Source: Polymyxa betae A26-41 | Lineage: Eukaryota > Protista > Endomyxa: Phytomyxea | DNA: 40,136 bases | Direction: 5' to 3' | Assembly (NCBI GenBank): GCA_003693705.1 | Contig: RBZT01000098.1 | Location: 1-40,136 of the forward strand | In this document: positions 1 through 11,615 of the stretch, piece after piece | Layout: every line of letters begins with the position of its first letter | Position numbering within the stretch: position 1 is the stretch's first letter | Notes under the pieces: model-generated | Database searches by the model: none | What the model saw: the letters and a program-made list of their open reading frames with translations, nothing else | Told to the model about the DNA's origin: nothing | Position numbers and translations under genes: made by a program

Positions 1-290
1 GAGTTGAAAAGTCAAGTGGGAATTGATTATGATCTGTCTGTCTCCAAACGAACTGCTCATAACTGGCTTGTGAAATTAGATTTTCAATTTCAAGAATATC
101 GGCAAGGCAGCGCTTATGTGGACGGCCACGAACGGCCTGATGTTGTTGCACATCGAAATCGATTCGTTGTCGAAATGGCTGAATGGCAACGGCGAATGGA
201 AACATTTGTCGGAGACGAGATGGAAACCTGTATTCAGCCTGAATTAATTCCTGGAGAGAGTAAAGTTGTTCTCATTACTCAAGACGAGTG
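1..290 (+). pseudogene. IS630/Tc1-mariner-like transposase fragment
   Basis: Translation contains 'RTAHNWLVKLDF..AYVDGHERPDVVAHRNRF..VVLITQDEC'. The YxDGHER.DV and xTxDE (first catalytic Asp) motifs are typical of fungal/protist Tc1-like transposases. Followed by a GTATGG donor-like site and AT-rich DNA. Confidence 0.7.
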
Positions 291-1167
291 TATGGTTTCA
301 TTATTATATTTTTATATATGCTATATATAACCCCCTTATTACTGATAAGATAATTGGGAAAATCTTTTATGTATTCAGGTTCAATAATATCAGTCATTAT
401 TTTTAATAATATTTTCATTTTTTTAATATTATCCTGGATTAATCTTTAATATCATCACGGATAAATCGCCCCTGACTTGAATACCACCCATACCACAATG
501 ATATTATTGAAAAATTTTCCAAAAATATCACGTTATAAGACCTTTTACCGTGATTTTTTTGAAAGTGTTTTCCCCAAGACGACAGAAAATCAACGTTTCT
601 TGGTTAACATGATTTGCCCAGGCGGTAATTCAGCCCCAGTCGAGGGGTGCATTGCCTGCTTGGGACAGAAAATTGCTCGTGATTGGAGATGGAAGGACCA
701 GAACTTTTTCCCTTTCAAAAATTTACATGAATACAAAGGTATATGATTGATGGAAAGAACATCTTCTAGATGGCTTGCTCGCAAAAGGATTCTTTAAGAT
801 GCCTTGGAGCGTATGCAACTAACCGTTCCATTTTGAAAAACGGATATAATCCTCATCAGAATCGATAATTGATTGGGGATAACCAAAAACCTGCCAGGAA
901 TTCAGTTAGGGCCCATGCAAACTTGATCTCGATCTTTTTTACCGGGTTGTGCACAGGTGCCCATTTGATGCTTGGATTTCCCCGATCATTGATCCCAAAG
1001 ACATCCCGTCCTCAATCAGCAACACTGCAGCCTCTTCCTCCACGGCCTCAGCCGGACCCAAGTCCGAACGACCGTCCTGGCTACCGATGCTCATGGCGAC
1101 GCTGAATGGCATCAACCATTAGCTAGGCCAACTCGCGCAACTTCATCGCAACCCTCTACTCCGAAAT

Positions 1168-1588
1168 GTGACGGCCACACCAGGCACCAGCCCAATCCAA
1201 GTGCCGGTCCCTGTCACTCTGCCCACGTCTTCGACGGGCGCAGCCCTCACCACGGAGCGCACTTCTTCTGAAGCGCAGCCTCCGGCTATTATCGCCGTCA
1301 ATACGGAGATCCCTGAGCCCGCGGCTCCAGTGATCCAGGCTCCAGCCCACGGCGCAGCCCGCCACGATGCGGCCGACTACCACCTGGCACCAGGTTCGAT
1401 GCCCACCGCCGCTCCAGCAGAACCAGCTTCTGCGAGGCGTGAGCAACTTCATGATCTGGAAGGACCGGTTGACGAGCAGCCTGGCGTGCACCAATTTGAG
1501 CGCTTTCGTCTTCGGACATAAGCGCTGTCCAGCATCTGATTCGAGCGGTCTCACTTCTGTAACTGGTCGCGTGCCTGGTGATCAAGGT
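1168..1588 (+). pseudogene. Ty1/Copia gag N-terminal remnant, interrupted at 1589 by a DNA transposon
   Basis: 'LLRGVSNFMIWKDRLTSSLACTNLSAFVFG' matches the Copia gag N-terminal pattern L.G.N[YF]..W...L...L...V.G. It is preceded by a Pro/Ala/Thr-rich stretch. A PBS-like GTTAGGGCCCA (cf. GGTTATGGGCCCA) lies at ~905-915. Confidence 0.45.
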
Positions 1589-1649
1589 TAGACCACAAAA
1601 TAACTAACCACCCAAAATAATTAACCACTCCACTGTGGCGAATTTCAGA

Positions 1650-1678
1650 CCTCAAAACACCCGGTCACAGAGAGACCA
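1650..1678 (+). repeat. Subterminal 29-bp direct repeat, copy 1 (copy 2 at 4851-4879)
   Basis: CCTCAAAACACCCGGTCACAGAGAGACCA vs CCTCAAAACACCCTGTCACAGAGAGACCA, one mismatch. Confidence 0.9.
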
Positions 1679-1919
1679 AACTGTATATCAGGACTTTTTA
1701 CAGCCTGTCTCAGAGAGCCCAGGGCCCAAGGGACGAACAACAGACGGGCTGCGCCTCCGTTACTTGTCGATAGCGTTTCTGAAGATGTTTTTGACAGTGA
1801 TCATTCGTCGTTCGCCAGTTACACACTATTGCTTTATGAAATAAACAGACTAGTTCTAAATTCACTACTTAAACGTCAGATCTGTACTCTAGCTAGATTT
1901 TGAGCAGCTGTCTAACATT

Positions 1920-2833
1920 ATGAACGACGACGTGTCACGATTTTACCAATTCGGAATGCGCCTCGGTGGGAAAACGTTTATGCCGACTGACGTCCCGGCA
2001 AATGAAAACTGCCAGTTTCATTCGATTTTGCAATCAGGTCAGGGTTTTTACGACATATCTCTTTATAATATGATTCCGATTCTTACGATCTGAGACCAGG
2101 CCTAATACCACTGAATTCTGCAGAGGCTCTGCGCTCAAAAATGCTGGAGTTCTGCAAGTTTGAAGGCCATGATATAGCCGAAAGAACATTCGATTTGCTT
2201 TTTCCCACGATCCCTGGACGACGTCGCAGGTTGGACGAATATCTCGAACAGCACTTAGCCGTTCCTGGCAAGAGGGGTTGCAACTTTGAAATGGTAATTG
2301 AATCGGCGATTTCCTGCCTAGATTGCCAATGCATTTCAAATATATCGCCAAAACCAGCTGATTTTTAGTTTCTCGGCAGTTTCTAGAAACTCATATCAAG
2401 CAAGTAAACGTCGGATTTCAGGCCGGCTCGCCAGTCATTCACCTCTTCCATCATCTCTATATGCGACAATATTATTCCTGTTCCTCAGGATCTAGCTCAT
2501 CAGCTTAACCATTTCCTTTATTTGCGACCTTTCGGAATGGAACAACGAGACTTTCATCAAAACCTGAATCCAAGAATGGAATCGCCGGCTGTCGTTGCAG
2601 CTTTCGACAGCGACAAGCAAAAATTCCAACCAGAACGGGGCGCCACCCAGAAGAAAAAACCCGAAATTGATGTCGAATCAAGACAAAAAGATTGGATTAA
2701 CGTTTTTAAGCCAGAAGTGGAGCCAGTTCGCAAGCGGCAGCAAATGGCTGATATAGAAATCCAAAAACGAAAAGAAAGAAAAAGGCTTCTTATGGAAAAC
2801 TCGGACTTATATGTCAGAATCGCGAAATTGATA
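1920..2833 (+). pseudogene. OTU-like cysteine protease domain within the pogo element
   Basis: Removing intron 2038-2099 gives MNDD..DVPANENCQFHSILQSGLIPLNSAEALRSKMLEF..DEYLEQHLAVPGKRGCNFEMVIESAI. After frameshifts it reads ..HQLNHFLYLRP. This resembles the OTU Cys loop (VPxDGNC[QL]F), the WG..E segment and the His motif (NH[YF]). Confidence 0.6.
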
Positions 2834-2893
2834 GTTTGAAACATTGTAAATGATCGTAAATTTGAAAAACTCTAAATCCTAACTTGCTTCAAG

Positions 2894-4790
2894 GTCGAAA
2901 CAGTAATGGCATCAGGGTCTGGTCAACTGGCTCCATACAGGCCTCCTCCAAAACTTACTGTTATATCTGCTTCGGAAAAAAGAGAGCTTCCTTGGAGTGC
3001 ACGGTCAAAAATAATCTTCTTTTACTCCATCCATCGCTGGGAGGCAATGATCGCGAAATGAAGTCACGATACTTCGAAATTTGTCAGGGTACTGTGTAGT
3101 TGTCGAGCTAGCACACCAACTTGAAACTAAATTTGACACAGAAACTTTACGAGGATGGTTGAAACCTAAGAGCATTTTCAAATGGATGCAAGAAGTAAAA
3201 ATTTTGACTGTCAAAGATGTGGCGGTGTCAGACAGCTGTCTGTACCGGAAAACTTCGATCGACTTATCTGAAAGTTGACGAAGCGAGCAGGCTAGGAGAA
3301 TCTGCATTGAGATTGTATATTGACAAACTGCCTACTTCCCGAAAAACTTCTCAATGCCTGCTTACCAGAATCAGCCAAAACATGCTTAATATTCAGAAAA
3401 TGACTAGCTTAGTGACGCAAAGCAAAATTCTGCCTCTGCATCTATCGTTTACCTGAGAAGAGCTGATAAAAGAATTGTAGAGTCTGGACGAAAACTTGGA
3501 AAACCGTTAGGCTACCAGGACGAAAAGCAGTACCTGATCAAACTTCTACAAACTCAATATGAAAGAGGCATGCCAGTTGACGATGAGCAGCGCCAAACAT
3601 CAACTGTACATCCATTTTGCTGGAATCGCAATGACAGAACGTTTTCGAAAACTTGTGGCGAACAAAAACATTAAGACTATTGACAACATTTACAAATCAA
3701 TGAAACTGAAACACACGTACCGTATAGGTTTGATACATGGTTCAACAGAGTTCTGGAACGGAACCGATTGGCAAACAGAAAGCATACCGTGTCTCAAGTT
3801 GTCCCGAGCAACTGGAAAGAGATTGCAGGTCGCGATAGTCTGGAGATCAGGAAACTGTTCCGACAAGCTGACGTCGACCATGTTATTGCTATGGACGAAA
3901 CCTTCATCAGGTTTCACGAGGCTGATGATCGGGTACTCGTGCCGCAGGGTAAGAACCGTGTCGCAGGAGCGTTTCGTCCGCACGATCCAAAGTCTGGTGT
4001 CACGCTTGTCTGAGCAGCCGAACTGACGACACGTCGTTGTTGCCCGCTTTCAGCATAGGCACTGCAAAGTTTGGTGCCACTCTAATGAAACAGTGGGCGC
4101 ACTATAGTAAAAGTGCCGTGGTTTTCAATGAAAGCCACAGGATGATGCAAAAATTGCGATCATGTTTTTACATTTTCTGACCGTCCAATTAATTACCTAA
4201 TCGATCAATAGGTAACAATTTGAAATTCCAAGCAAATTGTATTGAATTTCGTCGGCAGGTTTGATGTGGGATCGTGCATCAACCCATTACGGCGCTGATA
4301 TTGAGCAATCGCTGCAACAGTTTAATGCGTCGCATCCAGCGAGCCAAATTTACGTTAAGTTTATTGCTGAAGGGATGACCTCCGTTATGCAAGTAAGAAA
4401 GTCTGACTAATCAACTTGTGATTTCAAAGAGATTTTGAAGGTTGGAGACATCGCCATTAATAAGCAACTTAAATCCTATATCCGTGAAAAATAAGAAAAC
4501 CTGCGTTGGAGCCGCATCGCAGACATTCCTGTTGCAGCTAAATTTGCAGTCAGCCGCGATGAGCTGATATCGCTTATCGAAAACGCGTACGCCCGATACG
4601 ATTCGGAGCATTCAAAACGTCGAACTGTCGCTGAGACATTCGGGCGTTGTGGCCAAGACCCTTTTATCGATGAAGATATAGCTCTCAAACGACTTGAAAA
4701 GCATTTGAATTCTATAGATGAATGTAGTTTTTTATCAAGCCATTGCAGCCCTTGATCTCTCTTAAATCTGAGAGTTTTTGTGACATAATA
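2894..4790 (+). pseudogene. pogo/CENP-B-like DDE_1 transposase with frameshifts, stops and introns
   Basis: DHVIAMDETFIRF (~3880), LMWDRASTH (4261), and FIAEGMTSVMQ|VGDIAINKQLKSYIR across intron 4393-4440. There are 42 residues between the 2nd and 3rd Asp. Confidence 0.8.
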
Positions 4791-5859
4791 CATTTTGTTT
4801 ACTGATAGCGTTACAGCTTACGTTACCAGCATGCTTGTGTCTGGTCTTTTCCTCAAAACACCCTGTCACAGAGAGACCACAGTTCGGGAGAAGCCTCAAT
4901 ATTCTAGCAGAGACCAGGAGCTGGACCCCTGGTTAGTTATTTTGTGGACTACGGTAGGTGAAGACGTCGAGCTTCGCCCCTGTTTAGCCGGCGAAGCGAG
5001 GAGTCGCGGCGCTTTGAGCGCGTGGAGATCGAGGACAGGCGAAAGAGTTCAGGCAAGGTAAGTACTCTCCCAACTGGCACCGCCGGCACCGGCCGAGCGG
5101 GGCCGGGGAGTCCCTGCGATGACGCCGACCAACTCTGGTTTCTGGCAAGCCCCAGCTTCAAGAGCATGCGGCGGGACGCCGGGCCGACCGGGCTGACGCC
5201 CGGTCCGGTTACTTTTGTCTTTCTAGCCCGAGATCAGCGCAAGCGATCCTCGGCAGAAGACGCGATATATTACGATCACGCATCGTGCGATTAAATAAAC
5301 ACACAAAAATTTTTCAAAAACATAAACTCTCTAACCCGAGATCTGCACAAGCGATCAAAGGCAATGGAGGCGAAATGCCACGAACGCAAATCGTGCGACA
5401 AACGGAACCGATCAGGTTCCACCGAATTGTAAAAAAACCTCTCTGTCTATATGAGTTTAGAACTCGCAGCAGGCCACCATTTACGGTCTCAACACTTCCA
5501 CAAACAATTAATAAGATGTATTACATAAAACAAGTAGACTATATACAACACCACAACAAGGAACCGAACCCTGGAAGTGTTAACAAATCCCTTACAGGGG
5601 CGTTACGAATTCAGTCAAAAACAAAAAATAAACGAAAAAACCAGCTGCCCGTCATACACATACAAAACTGCCTCAAACGTGAGGCTGCACTATTAAGGCG
5701 AACCGTGTGGCAATTGAAAAGTATTCAGCCATACAACGTTACAAAAAACGAGTTATAAAGAACCAAAATTCGCTGCGACCTTCATTATCCATTCTCCACG
5801 CCAGCACACATTCCGTGTCTCCGAAATCATGGCCTTATAATAACAACAATATAGCGACC

Positions 5860-6805
5860 ATGAACAACAACATCGATAACATGCAAATAGACAACGCCAA
5901 CAGCGACAGTCGTCAGCGTTCACTGCGGCTGCAGACCCCGCGACGGCAACCCACTGCTCCTAATAGCCGGCAGAAACGAGTAACGAATCCCAACCCTGCG
6001 ATTACAAATCGTAAACGATCACACATTGAAATACATCTCACTTGACACCCTAGACACGACGAACATCCCGAAAAAGATCCTTCGCGACACCAGCAATTAC
6101 CATTCAGCAGTAATTTACACCAAAAGGACGATGGGACACTGCCCGATCCCATTGAGCACCTGAAGTTCTATCAAGAACACGCCACCTTCCTGGAGAAATA
6201 CAACCTCCACCAAATGAGTTATCATGAAAGTGGACGCCTCGCGCAAGGTAACATTACACACAAAATAATTTACATCTATAGATGTAATGACAAAATTCAG
6301 GACAATTTCGACAGTTGGCCGAAGCAGCCAAAACCCTCAACAGACCAGACACCCCCATTACGATGCCAAATCAGACGAAAACCGACAGGTCGTCATTTTC
6401 CGCGTCCCTGAAGCACAAATCAACAAACATTTCCTCAAGTTCTTCCGAGATCCGGAAAAACCTGTTGAGCGCATCAAGCTCAAGCAGCCCAACACCGTCA
6501 ATGTCGTCTACAGCTACCCTGCCGACGCACAGGCCGTTATTGCCCGGAAATGTGTCACCGTCGGTGACAATCGCTACGCCGCTGCAGCACCGAAGACAAT
6601 ATGCAAGCAACGCCACACTATCGATTGTGAGCAACGGCATCGATGCAGAAAAGTGCGCTGCGGGATATGCGGGAAACCTCACAAGACCCAAGCCTGCAGT
6701 GAAGACCCCAACAATTTTTCACACTATCACCTGCATCTTGGAAGGGCATTTGGCCCCAGAATGCCATTTACGCGGACCACCAGCCAACTAAACAATCCAC
6801 AATAA
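5860..6805 (+). pseudogene. LINE ORF1 (gag-like: RRM-like region plus zinc knuckle)
   Basis: 'RQVVIFRVPE..VNVVYSYPADAQAVI' is RRM-like and 'CGICGKPHKTQAC' is a CX2CX3HX4C knuckle. Frameshifted. Confidence 0.7.
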
Positions 6806-7089
6806 ACCGCTGGATCCTTGCGTCAAACAACAATGCACTCATTTCCATACAAACTCTTACAAATAGTAGCCGAACTCTGATCAGTAACCGAAGTGACAGA
6901 CCACACCAGAAGCAATCTATCTAACAAGATGACAGACTCGATGAAGCGAGGGACTGCATTTACCGACTGCCCCCGCCCGGAAACACTCCAAACACAAAGG
7001 CCACAGACACTAATGACAAATTATTTCAGTACATGATCTGTTCAAAACACGACACCCACCCCCGCGGTTCTAACGTCGCAAAACGAAAC

Positions 7090-9845
7090 GCTAACTCTCT
7101 TAGAGTGGAACGCGCGATCCTTGAACTTGGCTAAGGCAACAGAGCTGTCACACCTCTACAAGAAAAAACAAATCGACATAATCTGCGTATCGGAGCTGGG
7201 CTCCAGGAGACAAATAACCGGTTTCCAACACTTTGATCATACACCTCGAGACCCACAAAGCGCCATTTTTTGGCGCAACGGGATTTCAGTTAAAATAATC
7301 ACTAAAGAGCTTGGACTGCAAACCACTTCCAGGATTCAGGTTCAAAGCATAGAAATAGAAGACGATATCACATTAATCCACGCATATATAAACCCTGACA
7401 CTACTATAGAAGACAGAACAAGTTTCTGAGACACAATCTATGAGCTAATTCTATACAATAAATTCAAAAAGAAGCTCATGATTACTGGCGACCTCAACAC
7501 ATTAGATTCTCGGTTCGGCATTAACCACCCTAACACATTCCAACATTTAGATGCAATATTATATCCAGCAGGTCCTTTACGAGTAATCAATGATCCCAAA
7601 AGGCTTTTGGGTTTTGGCAAAAGCAAAACTAGAGATGACAACATGCTCGACGTCACACTGGGCAGCAAAAAAGCGAAACACAGCGTCATCGAATGGAAAG
7701 TGCTGCATAAGTTAGATAGCGATCACTTCCTACTACATGCAAACTCAAAATCGAATCCAGCAGTCGCAACTTCCCTAAATGCGACTACCGTAACGAGATA
7801 TACGCAGTTTTGAATTGCAAAGAGACTTTTAAAAAACTGACAATAAGCCAGGCCTCGTTAAATTTGGCAAACTATTAATAGATGCCAAATTTATTAAAGT
7901 TAAGGAAAAAAATATGCCAAAAAGTAACCAGTAAAAATGATAGCGGTTTCGACCAGAAAACAAAGCTTCAACGATTGATACTCGTCATTCAGTCTATAGT
8001 GAAGTTTTTGGGCCTCTTTCGCCTGAGGAAATCGCTGGTCGTGAACAGCATGAGCATTCTGGGTCTTTTTCTGTCTTCCATGATGATGTTTCATGATTTC
8101 TTAAAGACCAAGGATTGTTTATTTCCGCAATAATAAAAAAAAACATGGCCGAATGGGATCAGCAAATTTGGCAACAAGAGCTGGGACAGCTTTTGGTGGG
8201 GTTTGTTGACGGAGTTGCAAAATTTTATGCATTGAGAGATTCGAAAACAACCCAATCGACCACTGCAATCCCACCGTTTTCCCCCAAAAACTTTGCCGGC
8301 TGCGTGGTCGTGAGTTTGGGATAATTATTGCACAATACCACGGCTTCATTCCGGCAATCATGGCTTCTGGTCAAAGACCCGCTTCCCCACACTGCAATCA
8401 TTTGCAGGAGCCTTGGCAACTCTGTTTCCAAATACTTCCACTGTCGAGTAGGACTTCTCCACTCTAAGGTGGAAAACGAGTACCGCCAGTCAATTGCTGA
8501 TCTTTTCACTTGAAAGAGTGATGAAATCAAAACAGTATGAAACAATCATGAAATTGATGATATAAAATTTAATAAACCACGCTTCCTGGCTGATTTTCTA
8601 GCAATTCCAAAAATACCAAAATTAGAGCCAGATCTGGTGCCAAAAATAAGCTATTTTTGGTAATTCTGGCATTTGCCAGGTTTAACGAGGCCTGCAATAA
8701 GCATGGCCGAAATCGATAGAGATGCCGTCGACCTAAGTCAAATAAAAGAACTGCTTAGCCAGGCGATCACTTAAAAAAAATATGAAACACAGACAAATGG
8801 ATTCTGGACAAAAGAATTGGTTCAGTCAAGACGAGCTCGTAATCGAGCCCGCACTGACATTATAAGAGCTAAAAAAAGAGGTCAGCAGATATCGCAACGA
8901 GTTATTAAATACAAAGAAAAGCGCAAACTGTTCGCAAAAGCTTTCTCCAAAGCACGAAGGCAGAACATCATCGCTATATTCCGCACCGCATGCGAAGACG
9001 AGACGGGAGCACAAATATCTCAACTTATAAAACAGATTGAACCATCACTCAACAAAAAAAGCACAACAAACTCCACAAAACAAGGTGAAGCCCAAGAGAC
9101 TGCCGAGCGCATCGCTGACCAATTCGAATCCATCTTCGACCAAAAAGATGTTCTTCCGGAAGACCGGGAACAACAGGAGCTGCAGCAAATATTGACAACC
9201 TGCAAGAACGTTCAAAAAACGAGAATCTGTCACCAATAAGTGAACGTGAACTATTACAAGCCCTTAAAGCAGCAAATAATCGTTCTGCACCTGGCCCAGA
9301 TAGGATCGCCAACAAATTTCTTAAGGTAGTCTGCAAAATAAAGACCTCCTACAACTGCTCTGCACTGCCATCAACAACCAGATTCTTAAAATCGGGACCT
9401 ACCCGAACGATCTCAAATCCGCTCGGATCGTCGCCCTCCCCAAGCCAAAACCGGGAGAATATCGTCCGATCAGCCTGCTTTCGAATCTATCAAAACTCAC
9501 CGAGTTCATAATACAAACTCGAATCCGAGACATAATCAACAATAAACTGCCACGAAACCAGTTCGGGTGCCGTACCGGACACTCAACCTCGCACGTTCTC
9601 ATACGCCTAATGCACTACTGCATGCGGTACAAGCGCGGCCAAATTTGAAAAATGAACGGTTTGGATGCATATGTTACAATTTCACAAAAGCAAATGACAG
9701 AGCTCCTAAACACATATTAGTCAAAAAAATGCTAAAACTTGGAATCCCACCTCAACTAGAATTAATAATTTATGACTGGTTATGCGAAAGAACTTTCACA
9801 GTAACACATAAAAACGCCCTATCTCAAATCCGAGAACAAAAGAAC
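7090..9845 (+). pseudogene. LINE ORF2 (AP endonuclease + reverse transcriptase), split by a hAT insertion
   Basis: APE motifs LLEWNARSL, DIICVSE, ITGDLN, LDVTL and SDH. RT motifs SAPGPDRI, YRPISLLSNLSKLTE, QFGCRTGHST and FTKANDRA. Multiple stops and frameshifts. Confidence 0.9.
7849..8694. mobile_element. Non-autonomous hAT element (846 bp) inserted in LINE ORF2
   Basis: TIR CAGGCCTCGTTAAA(TT/CC)TGGCAAA at both ends (14 bp perfect, 21/23 overall). Perfect 8-bp TSD CAATAAGC at 7841-7848 and 8695-8702. Confidence 0.92.
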
Positions 9846-10059
9846 AGCACTTCTACACTCTGGAGCGGCTCCCAGCGTCAATGAAAGACCTGCAAAGATC
9901 AATTAGATTTGGCCATCCCGAGATGCTGCAGCTTAGCAACGTCGTTACAGCCCTGATTCGCTACCACCAGAGTCAAGGACAGAATGAGTCTCGACCCGCC
10001 GAAGTCGCCGCCGTATCCAAGGACCGAAAGGGCAGGAAGAAGAAGGTTTATAAGGACGT

Positions 10060-10900
10060 TTTATACTTTTCTTCGTGGTGAGACAGTGAGGCAGTAACTA
10101 AGAACTGGCTGGTATTCATTCTGTTGATTTGGAGGATGAATGTTTTACTCAGTGCTTCTCCTTGGTTTTGTTCTCCGCCAAGGCAAAGTCGAAAACGCGC
10201 CGTTTCCTTCTCTAAAACCAAGCAAGAATTGTTTAATGTGAAATTGCTCAAAGTGGCCGTGACCCGACCAAGGCGTTCGATATAAGACCCATAAAAATCT
10301 GTCGATGCATGCCGCTTTCGAAGATATCGGTTTGATGAGCAAGGCTAAAACAGGCGAGATTTTCTGGTGCCCGAATAGCAGAGCTGTCCGGTGCCTCTGA
10401 AGACCAGATCCGTCACCTCGGCAAATGGAACAGTCAGGCCATGGAGAACTGCTATCTGAACTGTCTTCCACGAGATGCTATCAGTGCGCATGCTGGATTC
10501 TCATCAGGGCACTTTTTTATTTCACGCGCAGCGGCTGACCCCCCGAGCTTTGAAATGATGGTGTTTGTGGCAAACGATCAGCACCGGATATTACTATGAA
10601 ACGATTGCAGCGCGAGGCTTTTTGGAGCTTTTGAAAAAATCGAAAGCCGTGATCTTTCAACATTCCGTACTTTTGAAATCCAGATCATTGCCAATCTGGA
10701 AGAATGAGACTTTTCTCTTCGGAATTGTGTAGTGACGTTTCACGAAAACTGATTCAGGCATGCACGTGCCAGCTGTGACCCGCGCGGCCAAATCCCGTCT
10801 TCAGCAAGCCATGCCTTTACTGTTACAGAAGATTGATGATGCATCTGGATCTGAAGACTGCGATCGTTGCAAGCGTCGATGACTCAGGCACTGATGACGT
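10060..10900 (+). pseudogene. Crypton-type tyrosine recombinase remnant (NDC10 domain II-like)
   Basis: Frameshifted motifs LLRGETVR..ELAGIHSVDLEDE, FNVKLLK, AELSGASEDQIRHLGKWNSQAMENCYLNCLPRDAISAHAGF..FFISRA..PP and LQQAMP, characteristic of CryptonF recombinases. Confidence 0.8.
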
Positions 10901-11106
10901 TACAGAACAATCTCAACGACCTGCTCTCAGGTAGGGTTTAATTTATATCAAGGCCAATTGGGCCAGACATAGCTATCAGGTCCAACCCTGGTCAATGGCC
11001 TGCTCTTACGAATGATCGCGGTCTCCTTTTGATGTTCAGGTGGCCAACGCAACCATGCAGCATACGAGTCCAGTCATTTACAAGATGAGTAGAAGAATCA
11101 AGAATC

Positions 11107-11390
11107 GTAACAGAGGCGATCTGGTTACGTGGTCTTCTCGAGCTCAAGCAAGCGGGAGATGAATCTCGAAGGTACAGCCAGTCCACGATCGCTTTATCGG
11201 AAAACAGGCGGTTATCGCGGCGTTCGAAGCACATCGAGGCCCGCTACCACTATACACGGCAGAAGATCCAGGACGGAGTTATCAAACTGGTGTACTGCTC
11301 AGCTAAAGATAAGATTGCGGACATGATGACAAAGGCGCTGTCGCCGGAGGTCTACGTCCGTCTTCGCACTAAACTACTGCGTTCGGATTC
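11107..11390 (+). pseudogene. Ty1/Copia pol C-terminus (RNase H)
   Basis: EAIWLRGLLE..QSTIALSEN..RSKHIEARYHYTRQKIQDGVIKLVYCSAKDKIADMMTKAL, the canonical Copia RNase H end (KHI.RYH, ADxxTK). Confidence 0.92.
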
Positions 11391-11414
11391 CATCATTGGG
11401 AGTTCGGGCGGGAG

Positions 11415-11615
11415 TGTTGAAGTTGGTGGAACGCGTGCGACCTCCCACTGACGGGCCTCAACATTATGCCGGCGGTTGCGTGCGGAGCGAGCACCTGACC
11501 GGTCTTGGAGTACATGACGATCTTTGTTACTAAACTCACTTTGGTTTTGACCACTAACTGTAGACGACTGAGTTCTGAGTAGCTGGATGGCGAGCACTCG
11601 TTTTGCATCATCTCA
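11415..11615 (+). repeat. Probable 3' LTR of the Copia element (~200 bp)
   Basis: Polypurine tract GGGCGGGAG is immediately followed by TGTTGA. The likely end is ..CATCTCA at 11615, but this is uncertain and no second LTR copy is visible in the window. Confidence 0.6.

Larger units (their letters stand above)
1589..4951 (+). mobile_element. pogo-like (DDE_1, DD42D) DNA transposon with terminal inverted repeats, decayed
   Basis: Left end TAGACCACAAAATAACTAACCA (1589-1610) matches the reverse complement of right end TGGTTAGTTATTTTGTGGACTA (4930-4951) at 21/22 nt, with TA at both ends. Internal transposase motifs AMDET, LMWDRASTH and QVGDIAINKQLK. Confidence 0.85.
5290..9845 (+). mobile_element. 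Non-LTR retrotransposon (LINE, APE-RT type), decayed and 3'-truncated; 5' boundary approximate
   Basis: A-rich sense strand, ORF1 with a CCHC knuckle, ORF2 with APE and RT motifs. The RT breaks off just before the expected G[IV]PQG motif at ~9845. Confidence 0.9.
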
